Shown: piece after piece, positions 13,735-27,485 of the stretch
Layout of the letters: each line of letters opens with the position of its first letter
Position numbering within the stretch: the stretch's first letter is position 1
DNA from: Marsupella aquatica
Lineage: Eukaryota; Plantae; Marchantiophyta
DNA length: 64,000 bases
NCBI GenBank assembly: GCA_973895155.1
Contig: OZ316891.1
Location: 27,503,561-27,567,560, forward strand
Reading direction: 5' to 3'
The notes under the pieces: model-generated
Databases searched by the model: none
What the model was told of the DNA's origin: nothing
What the model saw: the letters and a program-made list of their open reading frames with translations, nothing else
Translations under genes and position numbers: made by a program

Positions 13735-13900
13735 CACCTAAAATTACACACAGAAAAATCACGAATGGCCATAAGGACTCACCTAAAATTACACAGACAA
13801 AAATCACGATTGGCAATAAGGGACTCACCTAAAATTACACACTCAAAAATCACGAATGGGCTTGAAGGACTCACCTAAAATTACACAGACAAAAATCACG
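13735..13900. repeat. Tandem repeat, ~45-bp unit x4
   Basis: cacctaaaattacacasacaaaaatcacga..aggact is repeated four times, ~0.9 kb upstream of the CCCH gene. Confidence 0.85.
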
Positions 13901-14790
13901 CTCCATTTTCATGCACACTATCGAGCGGAAGGGAATTTAGGCATTTTGTGGCAAGTAACGGAAGCTACAGTACCTGAGAAGGTGATCGAGAAAGCCTCTG
14001 AGAATCACAACAAGCAAACAGCGATGGAGCGATGGTGATGGGGAACGCGGGGGCCCGGAGCTGTGAGGGTTCACTTCAATTGAGAAAGACAGGAGGACTC
14101 TGACTGCCATCGATCGGCGGGAGCGGGCGGGGTGGTGACATGCATGCGACGAAGCGTCAACAACAACAGATTGACGCTGCTGTTTCATTTTACGCGCGGC
14201 GATTTGGCGAGCGATTTGGTGGTGGATGAAGTTTGAGAGGGGATCTGCCAGGTCTGAATTTATCTTCACAACTGGCAGCGTCGAGTCGAGGAGCTTGTGA
14301 AAGCTGTCAAAGCTTTTTATGTCTACGTACTTAAGTCGCCACTCGGGTTTTCGCTCGACACTTACCAGCAGTTTGTTCATAAATTTCCGTCGCATTGATC
14401 CAGACGCGGATCGAAGCGAGAGAGCTAGTACCGGTACCGGTAGGTAGGTAGGTAGGTAGGTGTTTCGAAGTTGGCCCTCAGAGCTCCGTCCGCCATTTAG
14501 ATTACCATCGAGTTCCTGTGCAGTGATCCACACGGAGGGGGAAACTAAGGAGAGTAGTTTCGAATTATCGTTACGGCGCTTTGTCACTCGGTGCACTGCA
14601 ACGGGCCTGCGTTCGACCAGTTAATTATGTGAAAGGAAGGTACTGAAGGCGTCGCCGTCGATAGAGGAGAAGAGTTCCAGTACGTGGACAGGTGCTGGCC
14701 TGCTGGGAGCGGAGGAAGAGGACCTGCACGCCTGGCGGACAGGCCTGCGAAGACTGAAGTGGAAGTCTTCTCGACAGTAGTTTCACGACC

Positions 14791-16902
14791 ATGTTGTCGT
14801 CGACGTTCACGACCCGCGGAATGGATGAACTCAAGCAACAACTTCATCCTTACGATCCGCTCGACTTGACTCCCCATTTGCCTAGACAGGGTTCTTCTTA
14901 TGGTGGCTGCAGCGCTATGTACAGTGGCACTTTGCCGATAGGATGGAACCAGACCTCGCTGAGTACAAATGGTAACAGCTGTGGTCCTGAAATTGGTTTG
15001 TGGTCATATGGTCAAAATTCCTATCACGGCAGCCAAGAAGACCTGGAAGCTGAGGAGGAAGAGGAGGAAAGTATAGCAAGAATGCAGTCACTGGTTCCCT
15101 CTGATTTGCTACAGGAAGAAGGGTGGGATCAGCAGGATGGTTTTTCCATGTTTCCATCAGAAGTGAATATCCCAAGTGGTCCCAACTTAAACAGCGAGAC
15201 TCAAAGAAGAAATCACGAATTTCTGCGGGGAGTATATCACAGCTGCGCGAGGAATGGTTTTGTTGGAGCACGACTTGATCAGGGCTTTGATTCTGATCGT
15301 ATACTCAATCCCGAGGGATTTGTTGTTCGTCACGTCCCAAGCCCGGCTGAAGGATTTATTGACCAAAATCCGGCTGCAGCATATGTTCCAAACCCGGCTG
15401 GACGACATGTTCAAGCCGTGGCTGAAGCTCAGTCTCTCCGACGTATAGAGGAGGCCATACGAAGTGTGAATGAAGCAGTGCTTCCTGCATCGTTGAAACC
15501 ATCTGTTCATTTAGCAAGCGATAATGCTACTCTGAACAACTTTGCCGGTTCACAGCCAACCTACGAACTGAATTCAAGCCTGCCGAATTGGACCTACGAC
15601 CTGAAATCAGCGTTGGATAGTATTGGACAGTTGGACGCTCAATTGGAAAAGGCAAAAACCGAATTGTTCGAGGCTGAGTCGCTGAGAAATATGATGAAGT
15701 TGCTGATCTTCAATGCCCACAGACAAGCAATCATTGCAGAGCTCTCTCAGAGAAACGCTTTCTCCTCTCCACAACTTCCAAGTTTCGTGAACACCACTGA
15801 TGTCTTGTCTGCAGCAACGACATCAAGTGATTCCACCCCAGCGAGTATACATCCAGCTGCCTTGCGGGCTCGGTCTCGTGACCTAAGGCAAGAAACGTCA
15901 TCACTTCGCAGCCGTAGTCTTAGGAACACGCCGGAGAAGAAACTAGATGGCTACCATTCCAATTCTTTTTCTTCTCCGAGACGGAAGGCGACGTCGTCTT
16001 CTAGTCCTGCGACAAAAGCCTTGATTGCTCAAGGTGCAAAGAGTATCAGTGTTATTTTAAAACCGGAGCATTCTGGATCAACAGGCCGGAACTCTCACCC
16101 TGCTTCCCCGTTAAGTCCTGGCTCAGATAATCCAGTGTCGCCAGGCTCAGGGTCACTGTCTCCGATCCGTCCCCGGCGGCTAAACATGTCGAACAGCGAT
16201 GTAAGTTTCCAGAGTGAGTTGTATGTATCTCCTAAGAAATCTTTGTGAAGCATAAATTGAAGTGTAAGAATCAAGATCATGTGAAAACTTGAAAGTTTAA
16301 GGTCAAGGGTTGGCATGGGCAGCAAGGAGATCGAGCTTTCAATTGGTCTGACATTCAAAATCACTTTAGTTTCGCCAGCCAAGTCTTTCACAGAGAACCA
16401 TAAATAGATTAACACAAAAATGGATCATTCACAAGATAGAATTTCTTTCGAATGAGACGTGCAGCTGTACGTGCTAAAGTCTGTTGTGATACGGCACTTA
16501 GGCACAAGTTTGAATCTACAATGTCCTTTCACTTGTTCAAACTTTGATTTGTGGAAGTTTTATGTCCTCTTGCAGGCCGCACTGCAACTTATTCCCACGG
16601 AAAATCCTTCACTGGAGTTGGACGTGTCTAATCAGGGCCAGTACAAAACAGAACTGTGCAACAATTGGGAGGAATCAAAATGGTGTCCATATGGTGAGCA
16701 CTGCAGATTTGCTCATGGCGTGAAGGAGCTCCGGTGTGTCCTTCGCCACCATCGCTACAAAAGTGTGGCCTGCCGTATGATAATGAGTGGTAAAGAATGT
16801 ATTTATGGCCATCGGTGCCACTACCGCCATTCCTTGACTGAAAAGGAGTTGTCTCTTATCTCGGTGGAGGTGATCAAATTGGTCACTCGGACATCTTTGT
16901 AA
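14791..16902 (+). CDS. Tandem CCCH zinc-finger RNA-binding protein, TIS11/TTP-like (Arabidopsis C3H14/C3H15 type)
   Basis: Exon 1 14791-16200 (donor GTAAGT at 16201); exon 2 16576-16902 (acceptor ttgcag), phase 0, ~578 aa. Exon 2 has YKTELC-x8-C-x5-C-x3-H and YKSVAC-x8-C-x5-C-x3-H. The N-terminus is Ser-rich with a coiled-coil segment. The start codon is inferred. Confidence 0.85.
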
Positions 16903-18243
16903 CTTTAGGAGCGGACCCGATTGTCCGTTGTAATTTAATATTGTATTTGGTCGAGGAAAAACAACAGCCTGTGAAAGATTGTCAGTGCCCATCCTGCACC
17001 GCGATTGCCAATACAGGCATTTGACAGTGAGATCGATGGCCTTGAGCTGAATTTATTCGTTTATTATATATGCATTGTTTGTCAATTTATTCGTAGGCTT
17101 CCACCCCGGCTTCCACATCTAGCATTAGTGTTCAGATTTCGTGAACTCCGGCAATAGTAGGTCCACCATAGCTGGGACTTTTGAAAATATGCAAGTCTAG
17201 TCCATTTAAACATATTAATGTTTCTAGTGCTGCTTATCCACAACAGCTTTAGATGTTTAGATATACATCTAAGCAAGCCTGGATCATTTGTATTTGATAA
17301 ACAAGAGCTAGACATTGATAAGTTGCTTGCATAGGAACTCTCTATGTGACCGATCAGTCACATCTACGAAATTGCGAAAGATTCCGGCTCAGTTTGAAAG
17401 CTGCTGTACCAATTTCCATGCAGAATTGTATGTAGCAAGTAATTCGGCATACGATTAAGTGTCTTGATAAATTGTGAGTTGTAACAACAGTAGCGGTATA
17501 CAGATGCATTGCCACTTTAATCCTTCATACTTTGACTTGAAAAATAGTACTGTCTTGACCTTTTCATTTGAGTGGCATGATGACTCGATCATACACTGGA
17601 CAAGCACCTCCTTACAGAAAAAACTTCCATAGATGTCCATAGATGTGAATATGAATGCGGGGCCATGCACATATGTCTTGCTGCACCAAAGGCTCTTTCA
17701 CCTGCGGGAAGTCTTCTGGATTGATCAATTCATTTAGAAGAGCGGGCACGTAGTCACAGAGTAAGCAGGTTTGTTCAAAGCAGTCAATATCTGTGATCGG
17801 CGATGCGAAAAACAGATGGAAGCTAAGTTCGCCAATGGTCCAAGTTTTGGTGTTAATGTGGCTCCATTTCTCTCAAGTGAAGTCGCTTTTCATGTTTTCC
17901 TCCTGGTGCCGGCCTTAGGGTTCCCTTCCGGCGTTGCCTCTTGACTGACCTCCTTCTGTATGCTGCTCTTTTCTATGAAGTATTGGATAATTATGCAAGG
18001 CCAAAGAAAGATAAGTCATTTCTTCATTCATCTTCACACAACGTCTTTACGACAAGATGATCACTGTCTATCACGAAGTTTGATCTTGACCTCTTCTTCA
18101 TGTCATGTGAAAAAAATTCTTCTGTATCGCATTTCTACGGGCCTGGACGTATCAAAATCGCTCATTCAGTTACTTCGTTTGGAATGACATTTACATGCCA
18201 TTGTGAGCAGGTTCGTCTTCCTGCGGTTCACGTTGATCTTCCA

Positions 18244-18410
18244 TGCACGTACCAAATACTGCTCTGAATTCGTTTCGGTGCAGCTTCTCTCTGAATCCAT
18301 AGGAAAAAGCAGCACACAGGAGGGCTGCACGTACCAAACACTGGACTGAATTGGTTTCTGTGTTTCTCCCTGAATCCACAGGAAGAAGCAGCACACAGAA
18401 GGAGGGCAGC
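18244..18410. repeat. Tandem duplication, ~83-bp unit
   Basis: gcacgtaccaaa..ctgaatcca.agga..aagcagcacacag occurs twice; a partial third unit follows near 18434. Confidence 0.7.
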
Positions 18411-21400
18411 CAAGAGGCAACTCTCGCTTGAGCACTGAATTGATTTCGGTGTTTCTCTCTGAAATCAGAGTCAGTTGCCCGGGCCGGGTCTCTGGCGGAC
18501 CATCGCTTTCGAGGTGTATATCATACACGTATATGCACACACATACTTGTCGAAGACTTGTTTTTGATGCTCACCCTCACGCGCTTCCGAACTCGCTGAT
18601 CTCGTGCCATAAATACCGTCAGCCGTCCGATCGTCGTTCTGGCTACTTCGGGGGAAATTAGATATGGCATTCGAACTTCACTGTAGCAATTAAGGCAGCA
18701 TTTTGGCACAACAACCTACAGAACAATATTTCAATAATTGGTTTACACGACCGCTTCAGTCCTTCCCGAAATCAGGTCAACACTAGAAAGCAGCCTGAAA
18801 AGTTGAGATTTTAGCAATTGAATTGTATAGTCCATGTCTGCCATGCCTCCGATACCCGTCCTTGGTAATTGCTGCATTTGCATACTGCCATGCCAGATTG
18901 GCATCATTGACGTTCTTGGTAATTGAGTTTTCATTGTTCATGAATCCATCATGAGAATAATTGAGTCTCCACTTCATTTGCAGGTCTCTAGACCGGCTCT
19001 TTGTAAGATAATCTCTTCCGTAGTCGCTACACTTAGAAGTATCAACAATTGCAAAAGATTTCTTGTGTATTGAACGTAGATCTGGTAACTTTTTTATCGA
19101 CGCAATTAATTGCAATTTGTGAGTTCCCTACTATCCTCTTACGTACTAACATCTTGTCAAATTGACTTCGCCTGCTTTGTTAGCCGAGTTCGTCTCCGTC
19201 AGAATTGAAGGCTGGTTTGTAATCGCCATCGTTACTTCTCTCGGCCATCTTCGTTATCTGGTGCTTTACGTTGTGTATTACAGATCGCCTAGCTAGTAGC
19301 TTCCTTTTGTCTCCATAGTTGTGGCTCGGTCAATATATTGTTTGGTTTTGTGGATGTCAGTGATGATTTGTTCTTCTCGAATTGGAAACCTGGCACTCAT
19401 CGAATGTCTTTCACCAGCTCGAAATATTTATCTATAATTTAATGACAACCATGATGATTATGCTTCGATCTCGGTAATTGATGGAACAATGTTGGGACAA
19501 TGATGGGATGTCCAATATTGGCCATGAGGCTTCGAAGGCCGTTCGACATCTAAGGTACCGTATATAGTTATGGGTCCAAAGTGAGATGTTTCGTGCTTGA
19601 CAGGCTCGAGAATCAAGGCAGAAACTACACTCCATATGCCTATAGGATAACAGAGCCTCCGCTTCTGCACAGATGTACTAACTTGCATGTTAATGCTCGC
19701 GTCACAAGTGCAGATGCGGGTCTCCCCAGGCTAGCCTTCTCCGATGGAAAGGCTCCTCAATCTACGACTCACTTTGTCATGCCAATGAGTGCAAAGAAGC
19801 GAATCATGTGAAAAGCAGCAAAGAATGGAAGTAGGCTCGTGAATCTGGCATTTACGGCTGCTCAAGGTTGCAGTGATTTGCTACGAAAGATAGATCTTGA
19901 CGGTTCCAAAACATTTTACTTCCGCAATGCGTATCGTGTGTGCATTGTTTCTGCACAAACTTGTCATCCAGAATATTTTACTGACAGCCCTTAGCGTACT
20001 CTAATTGAAGCTTTGCATCTTAGAGGGCAGTCTGTCCCTATGATCGTCAAAATTTTCTTTCCTCAAATCCCTTCAACCTGTCTTTTCCGGTGTAATGGAT
20101 TTTAGCAGTAAGTACGTACCTTCTTAATTATTCTCTTCTACTCTTAGTCTTCTACTCTTCATCTCGGGCTATAATTTGTTATCGACCATCATCCTAGACT
20201 TCTAACCAGCTGAACAATCTGACTTTTGCCCGTTTTTCTTTTCGAACAGCTCAATTAATATGTACATATCTATCTATGAAGACAGTGCGTCAAGCGATGC
20301 TTCAAGTTCTAATTTGAACCGTCTGCCAGCAGCCGGAGATGGTTGTTTCAGCTCTTTAAGCCTTGGCATCGAGCCTGTGAATAGCTTGCCCATCCTCAGA
20401 CAGCTATAATTTCTGAAGCTAAAAAGTATATACACACTGAATCTAAATAGTTTGAAGGTTGGGATTCAAGCTTCAACTATTCCGATTCAGTGTATATGTT
20501 CTCTGTTGAACCTATGGCATTAGAGCGCAAGTTCAGCAATACCAATGCAGCGACAATAATCGTTGATCCCTGATATTGCCAATGGCTCTCAAGATCAATG
20601 TAGCAACAACAATCACTGATATGTCCAATCGCACTCAACGGCAAAGAGTATCTTATTTGAGATGTCTCTCTTTCCACGGACGCCATAGTCAGTGTATGGG
20701 GCGGAGGAGGGAGATGAAGCTTTTTCATGGCAATCAACTGCAGTGTTGGTTATGGCTTGATCCCCTGTTTTTAACACTCCTTACATTCCTCTCTTTTATA
20801 CCGGCTTACCCTCCTTGCCCTTCCGCCAAGAGACGGATGACCATTTTCGAAGGCCTCCCGGACTACGTCAAGTATCTTTCTATCTAAGAAAGCAAAGGAA
20901 CATCTCTAAGCCTGTACTTCCACATCAATTTCTGTCTTTCGCGATAAAAAAAAAATTCCTTGATTGTTTCTGTGAATGTTGTTGGCAGTGACTGGATCCT
21001 AATTTGTAATCATGTTGTACATATCATGCCATTTTATGGAGAGGCTCTTTGATTGTTCCCGTGAATGTTGTTGACAGCATCTACCTTGTGTCACGTTTTA
21101 CATATCATTCGAACTAATTCACAGGTACCTAAACTCCGCTGTTGGGTGTATTCCATAGTGCAGTGGGGTCATAAAAGTCATGGCCAAGAGGCCCAAGAAA
21201 ACTTAGTATGGAGGCTGTGTTATGTAGGCTCCGGGACCCAGAAGGCTGTGGGTGGAGAAGGATCAGGACCAGTCTGCCAAAAAATACCATTAAACATGAG
21301 GGCGGAATCCTTCGTTACCTCACCTTCCATATCACTCTAGGCATTTGTGCTCTCATGCACATTAGCGACTGTCCACAAGGTAAGCTGGCTGTCATTGATT

Positions 21401-22789
21401 CCCTCTGCCCATCTCCATCCTTCAGCTGTATTCGACCTCATTCTCTACATCCCAATGAAATCTACATTCGTGGCAGGTGTTTCGTATGGCATGATCTCGC
21501 TGGGTTCTCACTGATTAACCGTGTGGTCCTCGTCTGGAAGATTTCGCATCAACACTTGCTGCCTGTTGTACTTGACGACCAGCTCAATAATTATCCAACT
21601 TGGGGCTAGACTTGGAAAGGAAGACGGCCTATTTGCAGGACTACAAATGTCTAGATTTCCAGATGCGAAACTGAAGTACCCTTTGTCAGAACAAGGTATA
21701 TGAATTGATTTTGATAAACACTTGATAACGGTCACTAGGCAGGTAAAACGTTTTCCAAAGCAAAATTATGCGCAAGAATGGCATCAAAAACCCTCCCTTG
21801 AGATCTTCCAAAAAAGGATTTCACCTTGCCTCTCAACAGCCGTCGACATTTCCATCTTGAGGGGCGTTTAGAGTTTCGATAAGATGCACGAGTTTATGCG
21901 CTAGCCATTCCCACAGAAAGGAGTATAAAAAACAACAAATATATTCAGACGAGCCCAAAGTTGGAATGATGGCGATTGTTTTGAACACAAACAGTGAGTC
22001 CACCGGCCCAACAAACATTTCAGCCATGAGACCTCTGCAATATGGTAACATCGCCCGGCTTCCACAAGCTTATAATCTACGAATAGAATTAAGTACACTT
22101 CCCCGAATAGGTGAGGGGGTCTGCAAGTAAATTTCATAAGCTCTTAGCCTGTAAACTGACACGAATGGGCTCCCTCAAGAGCAAAAAGGGGCTGCCTAAA
22201 ACAATTCTGAGACACTGTACATTCCTCCAGAAGAAAGGAGGTCGCCAGAAAATTCCAGAGATCTGGGTTCCCAAAGAGAAAAAAAGGCTAGCCTAAAACA
22301 ATTCTCACTTCCTGACCTCGTACAATTGAGACTGGACATTTCGCCAGAAGAAAAGACGGATCTTGCCAAGGATATCCCATAGGTAATCTCCAACAATGTC
22401 AAGCGAAGTGCATTCACGAGGAAACCCTTCATCGTTGTGTTCAATCTGCCAAAAGTAAAGGAGGATCTTGCCCAGGAAATTCCAGAGAGTACTCTCCAAA
22501 TGTGAAGCGAAGTGAATTCACTTAGAAATTCGTCTTTGTGCTATCATTGAGAGAAGAAATTGGGCTTGCCTCAGGTCCTTTCACTGTCTCTCATCTTGCT
22601 CAACCGCAGAGCAATTTGGAGAAGAGCTTGGGAATGACCAACGAGATGAAAGCCATTTGTCCAATAAACAGCAGCAATGTGATCGAACCATGCTTCAGGG
22701 AGAAGAGGAGTATCTCACCAAGCTTACCAAATAGGGAGCATGTCCTTGAACAAGACTGGATAAATGTCCAGGTGAAGAAGCACGCTATG

Positions 22790-23734
22790 CTACACTGCAC
22801 GCTTGAAGACACGACCTGAAAAAGCCTTCTTCTCCTTCTGCTCTTCCGGTTTGGCTCGGTTGAGCACCTGAATGAGCGTCTCCACCCGCCTTCGCATTCG
22901 TGTGTGCATGAAAGCCTTGGAGCACTTTATGTGATAACTCACATATGCATAAAAAGTGGACAAAATCCACACAATTCTATCCAACCTATCCCCTTCCACA
23001 TGCCGAGGAAAAATCACGAAAGACACAAACCCTGCATTGGCATCCAGAGCCTGCCCTGGTGCTCCTTTGAGCTCTGAAGGTGGACTAGGTGACCAAACAC
23101 ACGGCGGAGCAGTGTGCATACCAGTGGAGCGTCTCGCCTCTAGAAACTCCTGCAGAAAAGAGGTGCCGAGAATCACATCGTTGCTGTCCTTGAATCGCAT
23201 CGGGAAGACCACCGTGACCTTCTCAGGCTGCGGAATGAGAAAGTAAGACTCCTTCGGCCTGTGCATTAGGGATACAAGGCGGTCGGCATCCGGAGCAACA
23301 GACTTGGTGGCCAGGTGCTTCAGAATCTCTCTCAAAGGCGCTCCCAAAATGATAGATCGCAGCGACGCCACCTTAATCACAACCTCGTCGACGAGCTCTT
23401 CATCGGTGGGAAAGCTCCCGAGATTTAGCTGCAAAGTGAGGTGAAAATCCGCCTTCGCCGGATCCAGGATTTGAGCTATCGATCCGTAAGCTCCTCTGAC
23501 GGCCTCGATGGCTCCGAAAGGCAGGCCAGCGGACAGGACGGTCTCCGGAGGTGACGGGGGAAGCGCGATGGAGAGCAGCACTACCTTAGGGTCCTTGGCG
23601 GAAGAGAAAATGTGGTACCGGACGTCATCAAATTCCGTCAGATGGAAGTCCACCTCTGTAGGTTTCTCTGTCAACCGAAGGCGGGTTGTCAAAACCTGCT
23701 GCAACACCCTCGAGGCGCCCGGAAGCAAGATCAT
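22790..23734 (-). CDS. ARPC2: Actin-related protein 2/3 complex subunit 2 (p34-Arc; DISTORTED2 homolog), single exon
   Basis: Intact 314-aa ORF with family motifs EFDDVRYH, HRPKESYFL, KVTVVFPMRFKDSND, SFLQEFLEARR, NAGFVSFVIFPRH, YVSYHIKCSKAFMHTRMRRRV, collinear with plant ARPC2A. Confidence 0.95.
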   Translation of the reverse strand: MILLPGASRVLQQVLTTRLRLTEKPTEVDFHLTEFDDVRYHIFSSAKDPKVVLLSIALPPSPPETVLSAGLPFGAIEAVRGAYGSIAQILDPAKADFHLTLQLNLGSFPTDEELVDEVVIKVASLRSIILGAPLREILKHLATKSVAPDADRLVSLMHRPKESYFLIPQPEKVTVVFPMRFKDSNDVILGTSFLQEFLEARRSTGMHTAPPCVWSPSPPSELKGAPGQALDANAGFVSFVIFPRHVEGDRLDRIVWILSTFYAYVSYHIKCSKAFMHTRMRRRVETLIQVLNRAKPEEQKEKKAFSGRVFKRAV

Positions 23735-23825
23735 GGCCGCCGCTCCACCGCCTTGCTTCAGTACAATTCAATCACTCCAGCTCCTCGTGCTTTGCTCTGC
23801 TCTGCTCCTCCCCCTCCACGAGACG

Positions 23826-24178
23826 AGAGACTATGACTAAAACCAATGGGTGAGAGAATCAGCCAGCTACACTACGTGTAACCTTTGCGCCGACGGAGAG
23901 AGAGAGGAGTCGAATTGCAGAGTGAGAAAGCAAAGATTGGAATCGCAGAGAGACGGAGAAAATGGGAACTGCACACACAGAGAGACCAGAGACTATGACT
24001 AAAATCAATGGGTGAGAGAATCAGCGAGCTAAACTACTTGTAACCTTTGCGCCGACAGAGAGAGAGCGAGAGAGAGAGAGAGAGAGAGAGAGAAGTGAAA
24101 TTGCAGAGTGAGAAAGCAAAGATTGGAATCGCAGAGAGACGGAGAAAATGGGAACTGCAGAGAGAGAGAGAGAGAGAT
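23826..24178. repeat. ~160-bp tandem duplication with (GA)n tracts in the ARPC2 5' region
   Basis: agagactatgactaaaa.caatgggtgagagaatcagc..gggaactgca occurs at ~23826-23972 and ~23988-24160; the second copy has expanded GA runs. Confidence 0.85.
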
Positions 24179-26074
24179 GTAAAGATCGGGAACGGCGGTG
24201 GGAGAAGACGGTAATGCTCGGGAAAATTAATGATTTCGTCGCTCTGCTGATGGATTGAGGGAATGACGACAGTCCGGATCCATTTGGAGCAGATTGCGAG
24301 CCAACCAAAGGAATAACCAAGGTACTGAGAAAGTGCCACCAAAATGTAGTCCAGTAATCACCAGAAACTAGGAACAACTTTTAACTAATCAGCGTGTCCC
24401 CCAAACTACCCCATATTATTAACATGCCCCCAAACAAAATGTATTATCAACCAGGCTTTGGGATCCTGTCTCCTGAATACCCTAGTTTGGAGGTGTGAAA
24501 TGGATATGCATACTTTATAGTACACAAACTCTCTACTGATTACCCTCTCCACTAGAACATTATAATAACTCTTGATTATTGGAAAGCTTGTTATAAATCG
24601 GATTTTAATACTTCTGTCAATCTATTCCATAAGATTGACACAAATTCTCAAGCCAAGTGAAGGCTCAAGACAGACAGTATTGTTATCTATCCATCTATGT
24701 GAAGAGAGGGACAAAAGTGTGACAAGGAAAATAGCTAGGTCAAGTGAAATGTATTCTGGCTAAAAGACCTTTACTAGGATTATAAGGAAAATGTGTTACT
24801 CCATGTTGCATATGGTTCCAACTATGTTGATAGCATTGTTTACGGACCCCACTAGAGGTTCCTTCCAAAATTCCTGGCACCACAGCGTGCCACGTCAGCA
24901 ACAACCGCAACAAACAAGAATGGTCATGTTTGCGCAACGAATAAACTCCTCTCCATCTTGTTTACGTCACTTTTCGTGTAATTTTATGGACGCCATGCCA
25001 TCAAAACATAATGTAAAAGTAAATAAAAGTTCATCCAAATCTATTGATACAAAGGGCGAGATTAAAAACATTCACCCATATTCTCTTTACTTAAATTTAT
25101 AAATGTTTTTTCATAAAAGTAAATAGTGTTCAACGTAAACAGTAACCGTATTCCTGTGTAACTGCCGAAATAAAACCGTCGGAACAAAAGAAGCACATCA
25201 ACATTTCGAAAGGGAGGAAGGCTTTTGATGAAAGTAATGAAAAGAGGAAAGCTCGAAAGGAGTTTTGCCTCTTGAAGTGCAAAGTAAAGAGGAATGTTGG
25301 AGAAACAAAATAAAAAAAGATCAGAAGCCGAATGAAGAAAGGAAAAATGAGAACTGATCGAGGATAGAAAAGAGGCGCAGCACATCTTAATCAGAAACAA
25401 ATAGATCGAGCAGAAAGAAGGAGAAGCAAAGAGAATCGATAAGGACATTGAGAAGATCGATAAGGACTGATCGACCTCAACTACTCTAGCAGATCACTGA
25501 AGCTCAACGTAGTAGTCCACTAATCGAATAAAAACAGGTGGGGGTCCACGAACTAATTATGTGTGAGTTTTGGGGGGGTTATTAATATGTCATGCCCGAT
25601 ACACAAGTGCCCTTTTCATAACGCAAGTTTTTAATTCCTTATAATGGCCTTATCCAATTGACCATGTTAGATTTCACTTTAGTCTAAGAAACTCTTGTAT
25701 CTCTCAACTCAAGGAGGACATTTTGAAACTGTTTTGATTGAACTTGAATTGTTTTGATGTGAAAAAACCAAATTATATGGCTTTTTTTTAATACAAGGAT
25801 CTACAGCCAAACTAGCCAGATTTTTAGGATTTTAACTAGAATTACTAAATTCTGAAAATCTTTTAATAAAAATTTACAACATGTCAGTATTATTTTATAA
25901 TTTTATTAATGTGCAGAAAAAAGAAAACCAAACCTTTTATATGACTTGAACAATTATGAAGGTACATGGAAAACCCTGGTTTTTTCAATTTTTAATTTTT
26001 TTGTATAGCCAACTTTTTAGTTCATATAAAAATGTAGACCTCTGCCTATACAAGAGTTGCTTACCAGAGCTCTG

Positions 26075-26465
26075 CCTCCTAGACATGCCCATGACCCAAA
26101 TAGTTAGTTTGTGTCAAAGCTTGTCCCAAGTGTCACGACCCTAGCTAGTCCCGACTCTTGTAATCATCCCTACGGGGCCAACTCAACTGAGATCCCCATC
26201 GATCCCCATCCCTATTGGAGGCTTGGTGGCATCCCGGGGGCATGATGAAATTGGGCCTCAAAACCCAGGCCTACTGTGCAATGTTGCCCCAACACGAGCT
26301 CCTAATTATTGGAATCAAACTCAGATTGGCTGTTGTCTAGTAGGTAGATTGGCAAGCGGGCAAGAAAGCCACTCCAAACCATCAGGACCAAATTCACCCC
26401 AAGACATACTTTAGATGACATCAAGAGGAGGTAACTACCCTTGGGAGATTTCCAATGCACCCAAT
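26075..26465 (+). repeat. Dispersed repeat related to 38785-39125
   Basis: Shared blocks gacatgc.catg.cccaaatag..aaagcttgtccc, tggctgttgt..ttggcaagcgggc and tcaagagg..ttccaa..caccca. Confidence 0.55.
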
Positions 26466-27485
26466 CTTGGGGGTTTCACCTGAGGTCCATTGTCACTTCT
26501 TTTCTTCCAGCCCATCACGCACAAATAGTATAGGGTTTTTTATTGGGTTTAGTGAAACAAATTAATTGGGTTTAGTAAAAGACTTGTTGTCCCTTGGAGG
26601 TCCCAGGTGGCTCCACCCAAGCCCCATTCACTCATGCATCAAGCGCCCATTTTGCATAAACTTCATTGCACTTAGGCCCTCAGAACTTAGAGTTTTTTTT
26701 GGAGTCCGGGCGGTTCCCCTTGAGGCTGGCCTTGCTCATGGCCCGACTAGCTCATATCGCCAGCCTGATTCCCTTGTCCGCGACCCTAGCTCAGTGCATT
26801 GCCTTAATTTGCTAGCGTAATGCTCCCTTATAATTAGTACACCTAAACTTACTTAGTCCCTTTTGGATGCATGGCATCCCTGCGGCTTGACCATAGGGGA
26901 GCTTGGCGTGCGAAACTAAGTGGTAGAGTAGTGGAGTTTTGTGACTAATTTTAAATTAAGGAAAACTTAAGATTAGGTTTGGAAGAACATTAGGGTATAT
27001 TTAATCAAATTTATTGACTATTCAAAAAATATTCTAGTCTAATATATAGGTGTAGAACTAACTTTTTCCTTACATTTTAGGGGGACCTTGGCCTAAAAAT
27101 GTTGTAGGGGATGGGGAGGGCTCCATAGAGTGAGACCCCCAAGGCTTGGGGGGGGGGGGGGGTACTTCCACGGAAGTGGCATATCACGTGCGACAAAGTA
27201 TAGGCCCGTTTAAATGGGTGTGGCAGAAGACTTCCAAAGTTTGGTGGAAGAACACATAGGGCATATTTTATTGACTGGTCAGCTTTAAAGAACACATAGG
27301 CCTATTAATTATACAAAATACTTTATTTAAAGTTTTTAGGGGTTTTTTAATAAAAAATGTCAAAATTTAAAGAATGAAAGGGTTTCGCAAAAAAATATTT
27401 TTCACTTATAAGTTAGGGGGGTCAAACCCTAAAACGTCGCATGTGATGTATGACGCTCCATGTAGTGACCCGCCCGAGCCCCAAG
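26466..27485. mobile_element. Degenerate, rearranged copies of the hAT-type MITE family
   Basis: TIR-like ends cttgggggtttcac (26466) and agtgagacccccaag (~27129-27143), plus internal motifs shared with the intact MITEs (ggcatatcacgtgcgac, cctaaaacgtcgca). No clean TSD found. Confidence 0.55.

Noticed and set aside
13937-14596. 219-aa minus-strand ORF upstream of the CCCH gene
   Set aside because: No recognisable motifs, and it spans a (GGTA)n microsatellite; more likely antisense to the promoter/5' UTR.
17400-22500. Scattered short ORFs and splice-like signals between the CCCH gene and ARPC2
   Set aside because: I could not assemble a coherent reading frame or recognise any domain; an unannotated or non-coding gene cannot be excluded without RNA data.
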